64,000 bases of DNA from Malacoraja senta. Its lineage: Eukaryota. A program made the translations under genes and the position numbers. The DNA is taken from contig CM075996.1 of NCBI GenBank assembly GCA_038087875.1, positions 188,001 through 252,000 on the forward strand, given 5' to 3'. Below the pieces are notes generated by a model. It saw nothing but the letters and a program-made list of their open reading frames with translations, made no database searches and was not told where the DNA came from. Positions 37,991 to 51,189 of this stretch are shown piece by piece; position 1 is the first letter of the stretch; each line of letters starts with the position of its first letter.

Positions 37991-38298
37991 GGCGGCACGG
38001 TGGCACAGCGGTAGAGTTGCTGCCTTGCAGCACCAGAGTCCCGGGTTCGATCCTGACTACGGGCGCTTGGCTGTACGGAGTTTGCACGTTCTTCCCGGTG
38101 ACAGCTTGAGTTTTCTCCGGGATCTCCGGTTTCCTCCCACATTCCCAAGACGTACAGGTTTGTAGGTTAATTGGCTTTGGTAAAATTGTAAATTGTTCCC
38201 AGTGTGTGTAGGATAGTGTTTAGTGTGTGGGGATCGCTGGTCGGCGCGGAATCGGTAGGCCGAAGTGCCCGTTCCCGCGCTGAATCTCTGAACTAAAC
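37991..38298 (+). mobile_element. HE1/V-SINE-type SINE, full length
   Basis: Same head, core and tail. Other copies lie near 15835, 16950-18060(-), 26145, 36347, 38680(-), 45484, 48510(-), 54965(-) and 57800(-). Confidence 0.9.
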
Positions 38299-38970
38299 AA
38301 CTCAGCCTGCACGTGACTTGCTCAACCCGACCAACATCTCCCATCTACACTAGACCTACCTGCCTGCATTTGGCCCATATCCCTCTAAACGCATCCTATC
38401 CATGTACCTGTCCAAATGTTTTGATGATCCCTCAACTATCTCTGCCTCAGAAGGCACTGGAGGCCAATTCTCTGGATGCTTTCAAGAGAGAGTTAGATAA
38501 AGATAGCGGAGTCAGGGGATATGGAGAGAAGGCAGGAACGGGGTACTGATTGTGGATGATCAGCCATGATCACAGTGAATGGCAGTGCTGGCTCGAAGGG
38601 CTGAATGGCCTACTCCTGCACCTATTGTCCATGGTCTATTGTCTATTGTTAAGAGATACAGGAACCAGGCCTTTTATAAACTGCAAACCTGCACGTCTTT
38701 GGAGTGTGGGAGGAAACCGGAGATCCTGGAGAAAATCCACATGGTCACAGGGAGAACGTGCAAACTCCGTACAGACAGCACCCGTAGTCAGGATCGAACA
38801 TGGTTCCCTGGCGCCGCGAGGCAGCGACTCCACCGCTGCGCCACTGTGCCGCGCCCGTATGTCTGAAACCAAAACTAAAAACTCAAAACTAAAGGATGGT
38901 TAATTTTGCAAAAGGCATATTTTTGGGCGCAATCTTGCTTCCTTTGGCCAAGAAAACCAAGGCTTGCGAT

Positions 38971-39099
38971 GTCTCCAACGGCAACAGACACCTCATGTTG
39001 ACGGGTGCTCGAGGAAGGATAATGGAAGAATGAAGTGAAGTGGATGGATGACAGGATGCTTGACCCACCCTCTTGCGGCGTCTTTGTCGCCATGGCAAC
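38971..39099. promoter_or_regulatory. Pair of RFX X-box motifs in non-repetitive sequence
   Basis: gtctccaacggcaac at 38971-38985 and gtcgccatggcaac at 39086-39099, with a local CpG cluster. Confidence 0.5.
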
Positions 39100-40351
39100 C
39101 GGACGCGCGAGGCGTATATTTGTCAATTAAAGTGTTGGGTGCTGCCAGTAATAATGGCTGCAGGGAAATGAAAAAGAGATTAAATATACAAGCAATCTGC
39201 CAAATGTTGAAAGATTAACCCTGATGGATCCTGAAGAGATTGCAGTGGGGCCTCGATGAGTCAACCCTTCTTTCGCATCCTGGCTTTGAGCTCACTTCCG
39301 AAGTAATCTCACTTCTGAAGGATAATGAACTTGCATTCTTATAGCGCCTCTCACATCCCTCTCAGGATGTACCTAAAGTGGTCGCACAGTAGCGTAGATA
39401 CTGTAGAAGCTACTTCGGCAACTTGGTTCAATCCTAACTTCTGCTGCTGCCTGTATAGGTATTTAAGGCCTTGTCATGGGAGCTCCAGTTTCCTCCTGAT
39501 CAGAGTAGACAGGCAGAGCCTTTCTCCCTGGATTTCAAATGTCAAAAGCTAGAGGGCACCTCTTCTTTAAGGTGAGAAGGCCAACATTTTAAGGATGTTC
39601 TGAAGAAGAGGCCCCAATCCAAAATGTCACCCACGTTTGTTGGGAACGTCACGGTGGCGCAGCGGTCAAGTTACTGCCTCGGTGTACGGGGTGATCGCTG
39701 GTCGGCACGGACTCGGTGGGCCGAAGGGCCTGTTTCCGCGCTGCGTCTCTAAAGTCTAAAGTCTAACGAATTAAAATCAGGTTACCTGGTCTCCGACTTA
39801 TTATTGTTTGTGAACTGCCACTGTGAACCAACTCTCCACTTCGAAATAGTTATGCGTTGAAAACCATACGAGGTTATAAAATCTAAAGTCTATCCATGTT
39901 CTCCAGAGATGCTGTGTGACCCGCTGAGTTACTCCAGCGTTCTGTATCCTTCCTTGCTTGAACCAGCATCAGTAGTTCCTTGGTAACTAAAGTTTAAAGG
40001 AGATTTAAAGGACAGGGATTTTGTACACAGGGTGGTGGATGCTTGGAAAGGGCTCTCTGGAGTGGTCATGGAAGCAGGTCCGACGACAGTGGGGTTTAAG
40101 CAGAGGTGAGGTGCAGCCGAAGCTCACCGGAGCGAGTTGTTGCCGGGCCGGCACCCCTGTAAAAATACATGATCACCGTCTTTTTCTTTGCTTGCTTGAT
40201 AATCATATTTCATGATATACAACCGTGCAATATTTTGTCATATTATTAAATTATCATTATATGTTATAACATGGAATGGTATATGGTAATATGTTATATT
40301 ATGCTATGGTGTAATAAATATTATTATATGTTTTATTGTACTGGTACCTAT

Positions 40352-40878
40352 ACATAGATACATAGATACATAGAAAATAGGTGCAGGAGTAGGCCATTCG
40401 GCCCTTCGAGCCTGCACCGCCATTCAATATGATCATGGCTGATCATCCAACTCAGTATCCCGTACCTGCCTTCTCTCCATACCCCCTGATCCCTTTAGCC
40501 ACAAGGGCCACATCTAACTCCCTCTTAAATATAGCCAATGAACTGGCCTCAACTACCCTCTGTGGCAGAGAGTTCCAGAGATTCACCACTCTCTGTGTGA
40601 AAAAGTTTTTCCTCATCTCGGTCTTAAAGGACTTCCCCCTTATCCTTAAGCTGTGACCCCTTGTCCTGGACTTCCCCAACATCGGGAACAATCTTCCTGC
40701 ATCTAGCCTGTCCAACCCCATAAGAATTTTGTACGTTTCTATAAGATCCCCTCTCAATCTCCTAAATTCTAGCGAGTATAAGCCAAGTCTATCCAGTCTT
40801 TCTTCATATGAAAGTCCTGACATCCCAGGAATCAGTCTGGTGAACCATCTCTGCACTCCCTCTATGGCTATAATGTCC
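40352..40878 (-). mobile_element. Young CR1/HER1-type LINE 3' part
   Basis: Intact 134-aa C-terminal frame, nearly identical to 54385-54930 in the opposite orientation. Confidence 0.92.
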
Positions 40879-42411
40879 TATACATCAGAAGGTGCAGATC
40901 CAGAGCCAGCAACATTATGGGGGGCCCCTACCACCCCAGTAACGGATTGTTCCAGCTGCTACGGTCAGGCAAGCTGTGAAAACGGAGAGGATGAGACGGA
41001 GTTTCTTCCCACAGGCCATCAGGACTGTAAACTCTGATCTCACCAGGGACTAACTTACTGTTGTATTGTGTCTTCTTAAAATACTCATTCTGTTCTGTTC
41101 TGTAGTTTTTGCACAATCCGCAGGAATCGCCACTTTCATTTCACTGCACATCTTGTATGTGTACGTGACAAATAAACTTGACTTGACTTGGTTATACACT
41201 GGGATGTAGTGATGGACTATCATCTTGTTTGACTCTCTTGGGAGAATAGCTTGCCCACCCCCCCTCAGCAAAACCTTAAATGACGCCCCTGTTTGACAGC
41301 TCCAGATTATATATATAATTAGCACTGCAACTCTGGGTTTAAGAGGGGGAATATTGATATCTATCAATAGGGATATATACGTATCAATAGACAGGTATGG
41401 ATCAGGTGCAGGCAGGTGTGGCGCAAAGTGCTGCAGTAACTCAGCATCCAAGGAGAATGTGGAAAGGTGGCAATCCGGGTCGGGATCCTTCCTCAATCTT
41501 CTTGCAAGCTGATGAGGTTCGTTTATCTTGCCATTATGTTCAACACAGATATTGTGTCCCCCTGCTGTTCTTTCTACACTCATGTTTAGGATCAGGTTTA
41601 TTGTTGTCACCTGTAACGAGTGTACAGTGAAAAGCTTTGTTTTGCGTGCCATCCCAATCAGACCAGATAATACTTATATTGGATCTTATTGAAAGGATGA
41701 GAGGGGACCTTATTGAAACATATAAGATTGTTAAGGGTTTGGACACGCTAGAGGCAGGAAACATGTTCCCGATGTTGGGGGAGTCCAGAACCAGGGGCCA
41801 CAGTTTAAGAATAAGGGGTAAGCCATTTAGAACGGAGACGAGGAAACACTTTTTCACACAGAGAGCGGTGAGTCTGTGGAATTCTCTGCCTCAGAGGCCG
41901 GTTCTCTGGATACTTTCAAGAGAGAGCTAGATAGGGCTCTTAAAGATAGCGGAGTCAGGGGATATGGGGAGAAGGCAGGACCGGGGTACTGATTGGGGAT
42001 GATCAGCCATGATCATATTAAATGGTGGTGCTGGCTCGAAGGGCCGAATGGCCTACTCCTGCACCTATTGTCTACTGTACCTAAACACAATCAAGTCAAA
42101 CTCAAGTACAATAGGCAGAGCAAAGGGGAAGATAGGGAATACAGAATATAGTTCTCAGCATTGTAGCGCACCAGTTCCAGAGACAAAGTCCAATGTCCAC
42201 AATGGGGTGGAGGTGAATCGGGCAGTACCCTAGCTTACGGAAGCCTGATAACAGAGGGGAAGAAGCGCAGGAGGATGAGGGGTGATTTTATTCAGGTGTA
42301 TAAAATCATGAGAGGAATAGAGTCCCTTGCCCAGAGTAGGTGAATCAAGGACAAGAGACAAGAGGACATAGGTTTAAGGTGAAGGGGAAAAGATGTAATA
42401 GGAATCTGAGG

Positions 42412-42630
42412 TACACAAAAATGCTGGAGAAACTCAGCGGGTGAGGCAGCATCTATGGAGCGAAGGAATCGGTGACGTTTCGGGTCGAGAGCCTTCTTCA
42501 GTCTGAAGAACGGTCTCGACCCGAACCGTCACCTATTCCTTCGCTCCATAGATGCTGCCTCACCCGCTGAGTTTCCCCAGCATTTTTACCTACCTTCGAT
42601 TTTTCCAGCATCTGCAGTTCTTTCTTAAAC
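42412..42630. mobile_element. Inverted dimer (long hairpin) of the Penelope terminal module, with hammerhead cores on both strands
   Basis: Arms of ~85 bp centred on cttcag-t-ctgaag (42502). 14-bp TSD ataggaatctgagg at 42398-42411 and 42631-42644, inside a CR1-type LINE. Confidence 0.85.
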
Positions 42631-42964
42631 ATAGGAATCTGAGGGGGTAACTTTTTCACACAAAGGGTGCTGGTATGGAATGAGCTGAGTCTTATGGTGT
42701 GTGCTTTCAAGCTTCTGTACCTTTTGTCCACGTTCTACGTTCATATCTCAGTTCTGTACCTTTTGTCCACGTTCTATGTTAATAGAATAAGTTATCCAAG
42801 GTGTGCAGGTGAGTGGTGAAACCTGGAGGGCAAGTGGTTGGATGGGGGGTATCAAATGGGATCAATGCAAATGGGTGCTCAGTGGTCAGCATGGACTCAG
42901 TGGGCCGAAGGGCCTGTTCCAGCATTGCACGATTCGATGACTATGATTCCAATTGCAATTGCAA

Positions 42965-43570
42965 GATTCTAATTGGCCTTCATCAGTCGGGGTATTGAGT
43001 ATAGAAGCTGGGAGGTCATGTTGCAGTTGTATAAGACGTTGGTGAGACCGCATTTAGAATATTGTGTTCAGTTCTGGGCACCGTGTTATAGGAAAGATGT
43101 TGCCAAGCTGGAAAGGGTGCGGTGAAGATTTACGAGGATGTTGCTAGGACTAGAGGGTCGGAGCTGTAGGGAGAGGTTGAGTAGGCTGGGACTCTGTTCC
43201 TTGGAGTGCAGGAGGATGAGGGGGTGACCTTATAGAGGTGTGTACAAAATCATGAGAGGAATAGATCGGGTAGATGCACAGAGTCTCTTGCCCAGAGTAG
43301 GGGAATCAAGGACAAGAGTACATAGGTTTAAGGAGAAGGGGAAAAGATGTAATAGGAATCTGAAGGGTAACTTTTTCACACAAAGAGTGGTGGGTGTATG
43401 GAACGAGCTGCCAGAGGAGGTAGTTGAGGCAGGGACTATCCCAATGTTTAAGAAACAGTTAGGTACATGGATCGGACAGGTTTGGAGGGATATGGACCAA
43501 GCATGGGCAGGTGGGGCATGTGGGCAAGTTGAGCGTGTTTCCACGCTGTATCACCCTATGACTCTATGAC
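42965..43570 (+). mobile_element. CR1/HER1-type LINE 3' part (second subfamily)
   Basis: Translates LQLYKTLVRPHLEYCVQFWAP...YKIMRGIDRVD...WNELPEEVVEAG. Confidence 0.88.
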
Positions 43571-43906
43571 TAAGTGAGACACCCTCACTATAACCCCGCA
43601 CCTATATCCACTCAATGCCGCTGCAAGGCAATAAAACGGAATGAATGCACCGGGAACAATGTTCCCGATGTTGGGGGAGTCCAGAACCAGGGGTCACAGT
43701 TTAAGAATAAGGGGTAGGCCATTTAGGACTGAGATGAGGAAAAACCTTTTCACCCAGAGACTTGTGAATCTGTGGAATTCTCTGCCACAGAGGTCAATTC
43801 ACTGGATGTTTTCAAGAGAGAGTGAGATATACTGTAGCTCTTGGGGCTAACGGAATCTAGGGATATGGGGAGAAAGCAGGATTTTTGATGATCAGCCATG
43901 ATCATT

Positions 43907-43960
43907 GGGGTGGGAGATTGCAACCTTCACGTGGGCCGCCCTGTTTCGACGAATGCAATC
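43907..43960 (+). ncRNA. Predicted minimal HDV-like self-cleaving ribozyme (54 nt)
   Basis: GGGGUGG-GA-GAUUGCA-ACC-UUCACGU-GGG-CCGCCCU-GUUUCGA-CGAA-UGCAAUC. Same topology as copy 1, with one P3 mismatch. Confidence 0.78.
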
Positions 43961-44045
43961 AACCCGGCGTGCACAATCGAATAAGATTAAATAGAACAAG
44001 TTGTCCTACAACTTTAGGCTGTGCACGCCATACGCAAGACGAAGA
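43907..44045 (+). mobile_element. Short SINE-like retroelement with a 5' HDV-like ribozyme, copy 2, inserted in a CR1/HER1 tail
   Basis: 11-bp TSD agccatgatca at 43894-43904 and 44046-44056. Ends ...gccatacgcaagacgaaga. Confidence 0.85.
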
Positions 44046-44729
44046 AGCCATGATCACGTTGAATGGCGGTGCTGGCTCGGAGGGCTGAATGGCCTCCTCC
44101 TGCACCTATTGTCCATGTTTCTATGTTTCTAACGGCATCTTTAATGTTGCACATAATGAAGTGGAAAATGAAACGAGAAGATTGACAATAACTTGGCACT
44201 TTCCAACATTGGCGGAGATGCTGGGAAACAGGAGTATTGAAGCGCATTGTGAGGTGATTCAGTCATTTGATAAATCGTTGGTACGAGCGGACTGAGAGCC
44301 CTCTGCACAGGCCCGGGTCAGGACGTGACTGAAGAGCGTGCGGAAGAGAGGAAGCACAATGATTAAAGCAATAGAGGGCTCGGATTATGTGCAACACTTA
44401 CATCAATAGAGCTTGTTCTCAGTAGAAAAGATGATGTGATTACTGATCCCGTTTATGATTCTGAAGAGACTTGATGAATCAAAGCAATCTCTTTCAGCTT
44501 CGAAGCTGCGATACATAACCCTCACTTGGAGAGGGTATCGGTTTAAAATGAGTCTTCGGGATTTACATGTTTGTCAGCAAGTGGCTGCTCTACAGAGAGC
44601 CGGCTACGGACCATTCATATGCAAATCGAGCAGAAAAAAAAAATCATATTTCATTCATTCAGTTTGTTCCCATTATTGCCATTTATTGCCGCATCTTGCC
44701 GGGCACCTTTCCAGTGAGGTGACCAGGTG

Positions 44730-44820
44730 GATGAAGAAGGGTTTCGGCCCGAAACGTTGCCTATTTCCTTTGCTCCATAGATGCTGCTGCACCCGCTGAG
44801 TTTCTCCAGCATTTTTGTCT
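44730..44820 (+). mobile_element. Solo Penelope terminal module (family B) with a hammerhead-like core
   Basis: Reads tgaagaagggtttcggcccgaaacgttgcc... and is flanked by the 13-bp repeat accaggtggatga. Confidence 0.8.
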
Positions 44821-46959
44821 ACCAGGTGGATGAGCCAGGAGTCCCAATCAATGTATGCCAGAGATGGGGGAAGGGTGAAACGCACTTTAGGGCGGCACGG
44901 TGGCACAGCGGTAGAGTCGCTGCCTTACAGCGCTCGAGACCCAGGTTCAATCCTGACTACGGATGCTGCCTGTACAGAGTTTGTACATACTATAGATATG
45001 GAGAGAACAAGTTTGGACGTAGACAAGGATAGTAATAGCTCTGCGGGGAGCTGGCATTGACTTCATAAATTCATAAATCCATAACTTACAGGAGCAGAAT
45101 TAGGCCATTCGGCCCATCGAGTCTACTCCGCTATTTAATCATGGCTGATTATTCTTTCCCTTCCAACCCCATTCTCCTGCCTTCTCCCCGTAACCCCTGA
45201 CGCCCTTACTAATCAAGAATCTGTCTGTCTCCGCGCTTAATAATATCCATTGACTTGGCCTCCACCGCCGTCTGTGGCAATGAATTCCACAGATCCACCA
45301 CCCTTGGCTGGATGGGCCAAAGAGCCTCCCTCTGCTTCATAAGGAACTGTGGTTGCTTTCAATGGGGATTCTCTATAGTTGGAAATGTCATCTTCTAGAT
45401 GGAGGTAGATGATCTAATGTATCTCCCAGAGCGATGTACAAGGATTTGCTTTCAATCTTGAGGCCAATTTCTTAAATAATGTGTGGCACGGTGGCGCAGC
45501 GGTAGAGTTGCTGCCTCACAGCGCCAGAGACCCGGGTTCGATCCTGACCACGGGTGCTGTCCGTACGGAGTTTGTACCCTTTCTCCGTGACCGCGTGGGT
45601 TTTCTCTGGGTCCTCTGGTTTCCTCCCACATCCCAAAGACGCGCAGGTTTGCAGGTTAATTGTCTTTGGTGAATAGTAAATTGTCCCTGGTGCGTACAAT
45701 AGTGCTAGTGTACGGGGTGATCGTGAATCCTACACGTTAGGGACAATTGACAATTTTTACCATAGCACCCAGTCTTGGGTCAGGACCCTGGAGGTATGAG
45801 CCACTAATGCCCACAACCTGAACACCCTTTCTGGAGAACGGTCTCGACCCAAATCGTCACCTATCCATGTCCTCCAGAGATGCTGCCTGACCTGCTGAGT
45901 TACTCCAGCATTTTGTGTCTATCTTTAACCTACCTCCAAGCTAGAGTCTGAAGAAGGGTCTTGACCCGATACGTCACATATTCATTCGCTCCATAGATGC
46001 TGCCTGACCCGCTGAGCTACTCCAGCACTTTGTGTCTATCTCCAAGCTCAATTAACCGTTTACCCAAGCTGTGAAAAGCCTCCAATATTAAAACGATAAA
46101 CACAAGCTAGGAGGCACAGTGTTAACCGCCCGCACTTGTTATCTTGTGCTTGGAGATAAACTCATGAATTATGTTTTTGTTCCGCTCACCGCCTTTGCAA
46201 AGCGGATTTTTATCCGCAATAAAGAGAAGTCAGTCATTTCACGCCAGAAAATTGGAAAAAAATAACGAGCCCAGGCCACCCTATTGATTTCACATAATTT
46301 GACTTGTCTTTTTCATTACTGGTAAGAACTCCGACGGAATAAACAGGACTTAACGAGTGAATGCAGACTTGTTCTGACCTGCTCTCCTTTATGTACGCCT
46401 TCATCTCGTTTTGTCTCAGTGGGCGTTTAATGGCGAGGGTTGAGGGTTGGTTACAATAATTCCACATTAATGGGGAAAGTGATGGCCTTGAGATTACCCA
46501 GGAGGTGGGATGAGTTTGTGTTCACGCATCAAACTTCACAAACTCTGTTCCTCCTGAAATGTGTTTGACGCTAACTCTGAATGTGCTTTTAATGCAGAGT
46601 TAATATGAGTTTTTTTTAGTTTAGCTTCGAGATGCAGCCGACCAAGTCCGCACCTCACCAGCGACCCCCGCACATTATCCTACACGCACTAGGGACAATT
46701 TTCTTTACATTTATACCAAACCAATTAACCTACAAACCTTCACATCTTTGGAGTGTGGGAGGAAATCGAAGATCTCGGAGAAAACCCACGCAGATCATGG
46801 GGAGAACGTGCAAACTCCGTACAGGCAGCTCCCTGTCTCAGGATCGGGTCTCTGGTGCTGTCTGATTCAGTCTGACCCGAAACGTCACCCATTCCTCCAC
46901 TCCAGAGATGCTGCCTGTCCCGCTGAGTCACTCCAGCGTTCTGCTTCTATCTTTGGTAA

Positions 46960-47820
46960 CAACCCAGTGATATGAATATCGATATCTCTAACTTCAAGTA
47001 ACTCTTGCATCCCCTCTCTCTCCGTCCCTCCCCCACCTTAGTCATCATACTAGTTTCATTGATGACTACATCGGTGAGACCAAGCGTAGGCTTGGCGATC
47101 GTTTCGCCAAACACCTCAGCTCGGTCCTCATTAACCAACCTGACCTCCCGGTGGCTCAGCACTTCAACTCCCCCTCCCATTCCGAATCCGACCTTTCTGT
47201 CCTGGGCCTCCTCCATGGCCAGAGTGAGCACCACCGGAAATTGGAGGAGCAGCACCTCATATTCCGCTTGGGCAGTCTGCACCCTAGCGGCATAAACATT
47301 GAATTCTCCAATTTCCGGTAGCCCTTGCTGTCTCCTCCCCTTCTCAGCTCTTCCTCAGCCCTCGGGCTCCTCCTCTTTCTTTTTCATTTCTTCTCCCCGC
47401 CCCCCAAACCCCCCTCCCCCCCCACCCTCCATCAGTCTGAAGAAGGGTTTTGGCCCGAAACGTTGCCTATTTCCTTCGCTCCATAGATGCTGCTGCACCC
47501 GCTGAGTTTCTCCAGCACTTTTGTGTACCCACATACTAGTTTCATTGTCGTGCTGTTTCGTTCCTCTGCATCCTCGTTGTCACCTAATCTGCGCCCAACA
47601 GTCGCCAATAGTGCGCCTCACATTTCCTTGATCATCGTTGCTTTTACTCATATCTTCCGTTCATTTCTCACGAGTATCGGCCATATCTCTCGTTTCCCCT
47701 TCCCCCCGACTCTCAGTCTCAAGAAGGGTCTTGGCCCGAAACGTCAACTAATCCTTCTCTCCGGACATGCTGCCCGGCCCACTGAATTACGCCAGACTTT
47801 TTGTGCCTGTCTTCGGTGCA
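46960..47820 (+). mobile_element. Older Penelope-like 3' end (family A) hosting the insertion above
   Basis: The decayed endonuclease end (cccagtgatatgaatatcgatatctctaacttc), pyrimidine-rich UTR and terminal module resume after the TSD. Homologous to 60703-61200. Confidence 0.75.
47062..47531 (+). mobile_element. 5'-truncated Penelope-like element: GIY-YIG endonuclease C-terminus, 3'UTR and hammerhead-bearing terminal module
   Basis: 47067-47321 translates YIGETKRRLGDRFAKHL...PVAQHFNSPSH...RKLEEQHLIFRLGSLHPSGINIEFSNFR*. 16-bp TSD catactagtttcattg at 47046-47061 and 47532-47547. Confidence 0.9.
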
Positions 47821-49458
47821 GGTTTGTGTTCTCTCTGGTTTTCCTACGGATGATTAGTGTAGCTGAGAGGTACAGCATTGAAACGGGGTCTACGCCCCAC
47901 AGAGGGATCACCCGTTCACAAACTAGTTCTACGTTATCCCATTTTCCCATCCACTCCCTACACATTAGGGGTGGTTTATAGAAGCCAATTCACCCACAAA
48001 CCTGAGACTGACACTGTATTAGACAATAGACAATAGACAATAGGTACAGGAGTAGGCCGTTCGGCCCTTCGAGCCAGCACCGCCATTCAATGTGATCATG
48101 GCTGATCATCCCCAATCAGTACCCCGTTCCTGCCTTCTCCCCATATCCCCTGACTCCGCTATCTTTAAGAGCCCTATCTAGCTCTCTCTGAAATTATCCG
48201 GAGAACCGGCCTCCACCGCCCTCTGAGGCAGAGAATTCCACAGACTCACCACTCTCTGTGAGAAAAAAGTGTTTCCTCGTCTCTGTTCTAAATGGCTTAC
48301 TCCTTATTCTTGAAAACTGAACTGTTGTGTATTTTTGCTTACAATATCCTGTCGTGCTGCAGCAAAGCAAGAATTTCATTGTCCTATCTGGGACACATGA
48401 CAATAGACTCACTTGACTTGACTTAACTTGACTTGAAATGCTGGAGTAACTCAGCGGGACAGGCAGCATCTCTGGAGAGAAGGAATGGGTGACGTTTTGG
48501 GGTGGAGACTGGAGTGTGGGGGGGAAACCCGAGCTCCTGGAGAAAACCCACACGGGCCGCGGTGAGAACGTGCAAACCCTGTACAGACAGCACCAGTAGT
48601 CAGGATGGAACCCGGGTCTCTGGCGCTGTGAGGCAGCAACTCTACCGCTGCGCCACCCTGACTCATAAGGAAAAAAACTACTGCTGGAAGGGATCGGTCT
48701 GTGAGCTAGTGTATATCAATTGGTTGAAATGGCCACAGCTCACAGGGAAGCTGTAACGTGAAGTGGATTCTATATAACACAGTGCTGTGTGTAAACATCC
48801 CCTGCAAGACCAAAGGGCTATTTCACGTCTTAATATTCACAACACAATATTAACATAAAGACATCATGCTCCTGTCAAGTAGGAAATTACTTCTGAAATG
48901 TTGTTTTAAGCCTAAAAAAAACGCTGGATACAGCAGATCTACTTCATATATTGCCTATACTTGTTCCGCTAGCTTTCAATTTAACAAGCAGAATCTGTGT
49001 CTTGAAGGGTCAACAGTTATTTCAAGCTTCCTTGCAAAAACAAATTAGAGTTTATGAATAGCCCAAATATATTCATAACTACTCCGCTTCCATCTGCTCA
49101 CTGTGTCTGTCTCTTGCCCACTGCGGATTACATAGTCACATCTCGCATCTTCATAAAGCTTGCAAGGTGGTACAATCATTCTCCTGCATGGCAGATCCTC
49201 GAAGGAGGATGTCACTCCAAAATCACAAGTAGAGCTCAATATTTAATAAACCCTGATGCTTCCAGCTCGCCAATGTCTAATATCTTGCATCTCCCACTGC
49301 CCCCCCAAATCATTAGTTACCACAAATTCAAGGACTTCCTTCCCCCACCCCACAAGAGTATGGGTGATCATTTGTTGGTGCAGACTTGGTGGGCCGAAGG
49401 GCCTGTTTCCATGCTGTTCCTATAAACGCATGTCATGTCTGCATTCCTGCTTTTATAT

Positions 49459-50712
<1,254 letters not shown>

Positions 50713-51189
50713 TGGGGAGGGGGGGAACGAAAGCTGGGAGAGCGGGCAAAACATGATAGGTAATGGATGAACACAGGCAAGGGGGAGGGTCTGATAGGCA
50801 ATTGGTTGGAACAAATGCCACCCCCCCTCCTTTCTTCCTCCCCCTCCTCTGTGCCCCCACCTGGACTTGCACCCATCTCTCCCCCTCCCCACTTCCCCCT
50901 ACATTCCTTCCTCTAGCTTCACAATTTGCAACTTCAATCCTTTTGTCTCACACCTTTTGCTTTAATCTCTGATCTTCGTCCCCACCATCTGCCTCACGAA
51001 CTACCCTCACCTGCGTTGACCTGTTACCCACCACGCCTTGCCCTGCCCTCTCCCATCTTCCTTCCCCCCACCTATAATCAGTCTGAAGAAGGGCCCAGAC
51101 TCATAACATCATCTATCCTGTTCTTCAGAGATGCTGCCTGACCCGCTGAGTTACTCCAGCACTGTGTGCCCATCTTGAATGCTGGAACC

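Noticed and set aside
45484..45555. tRNA-like sequence with A and B boxes
   Set aside because: Continues into the SINE core and has many decayed copies, so it is a SINE head, not a tRNA gene.
48790..48810. miR-30-like start tgtaaacatcccc
   Set aside because: The match ends after 13 nt and no complementary 3p arm is visible.
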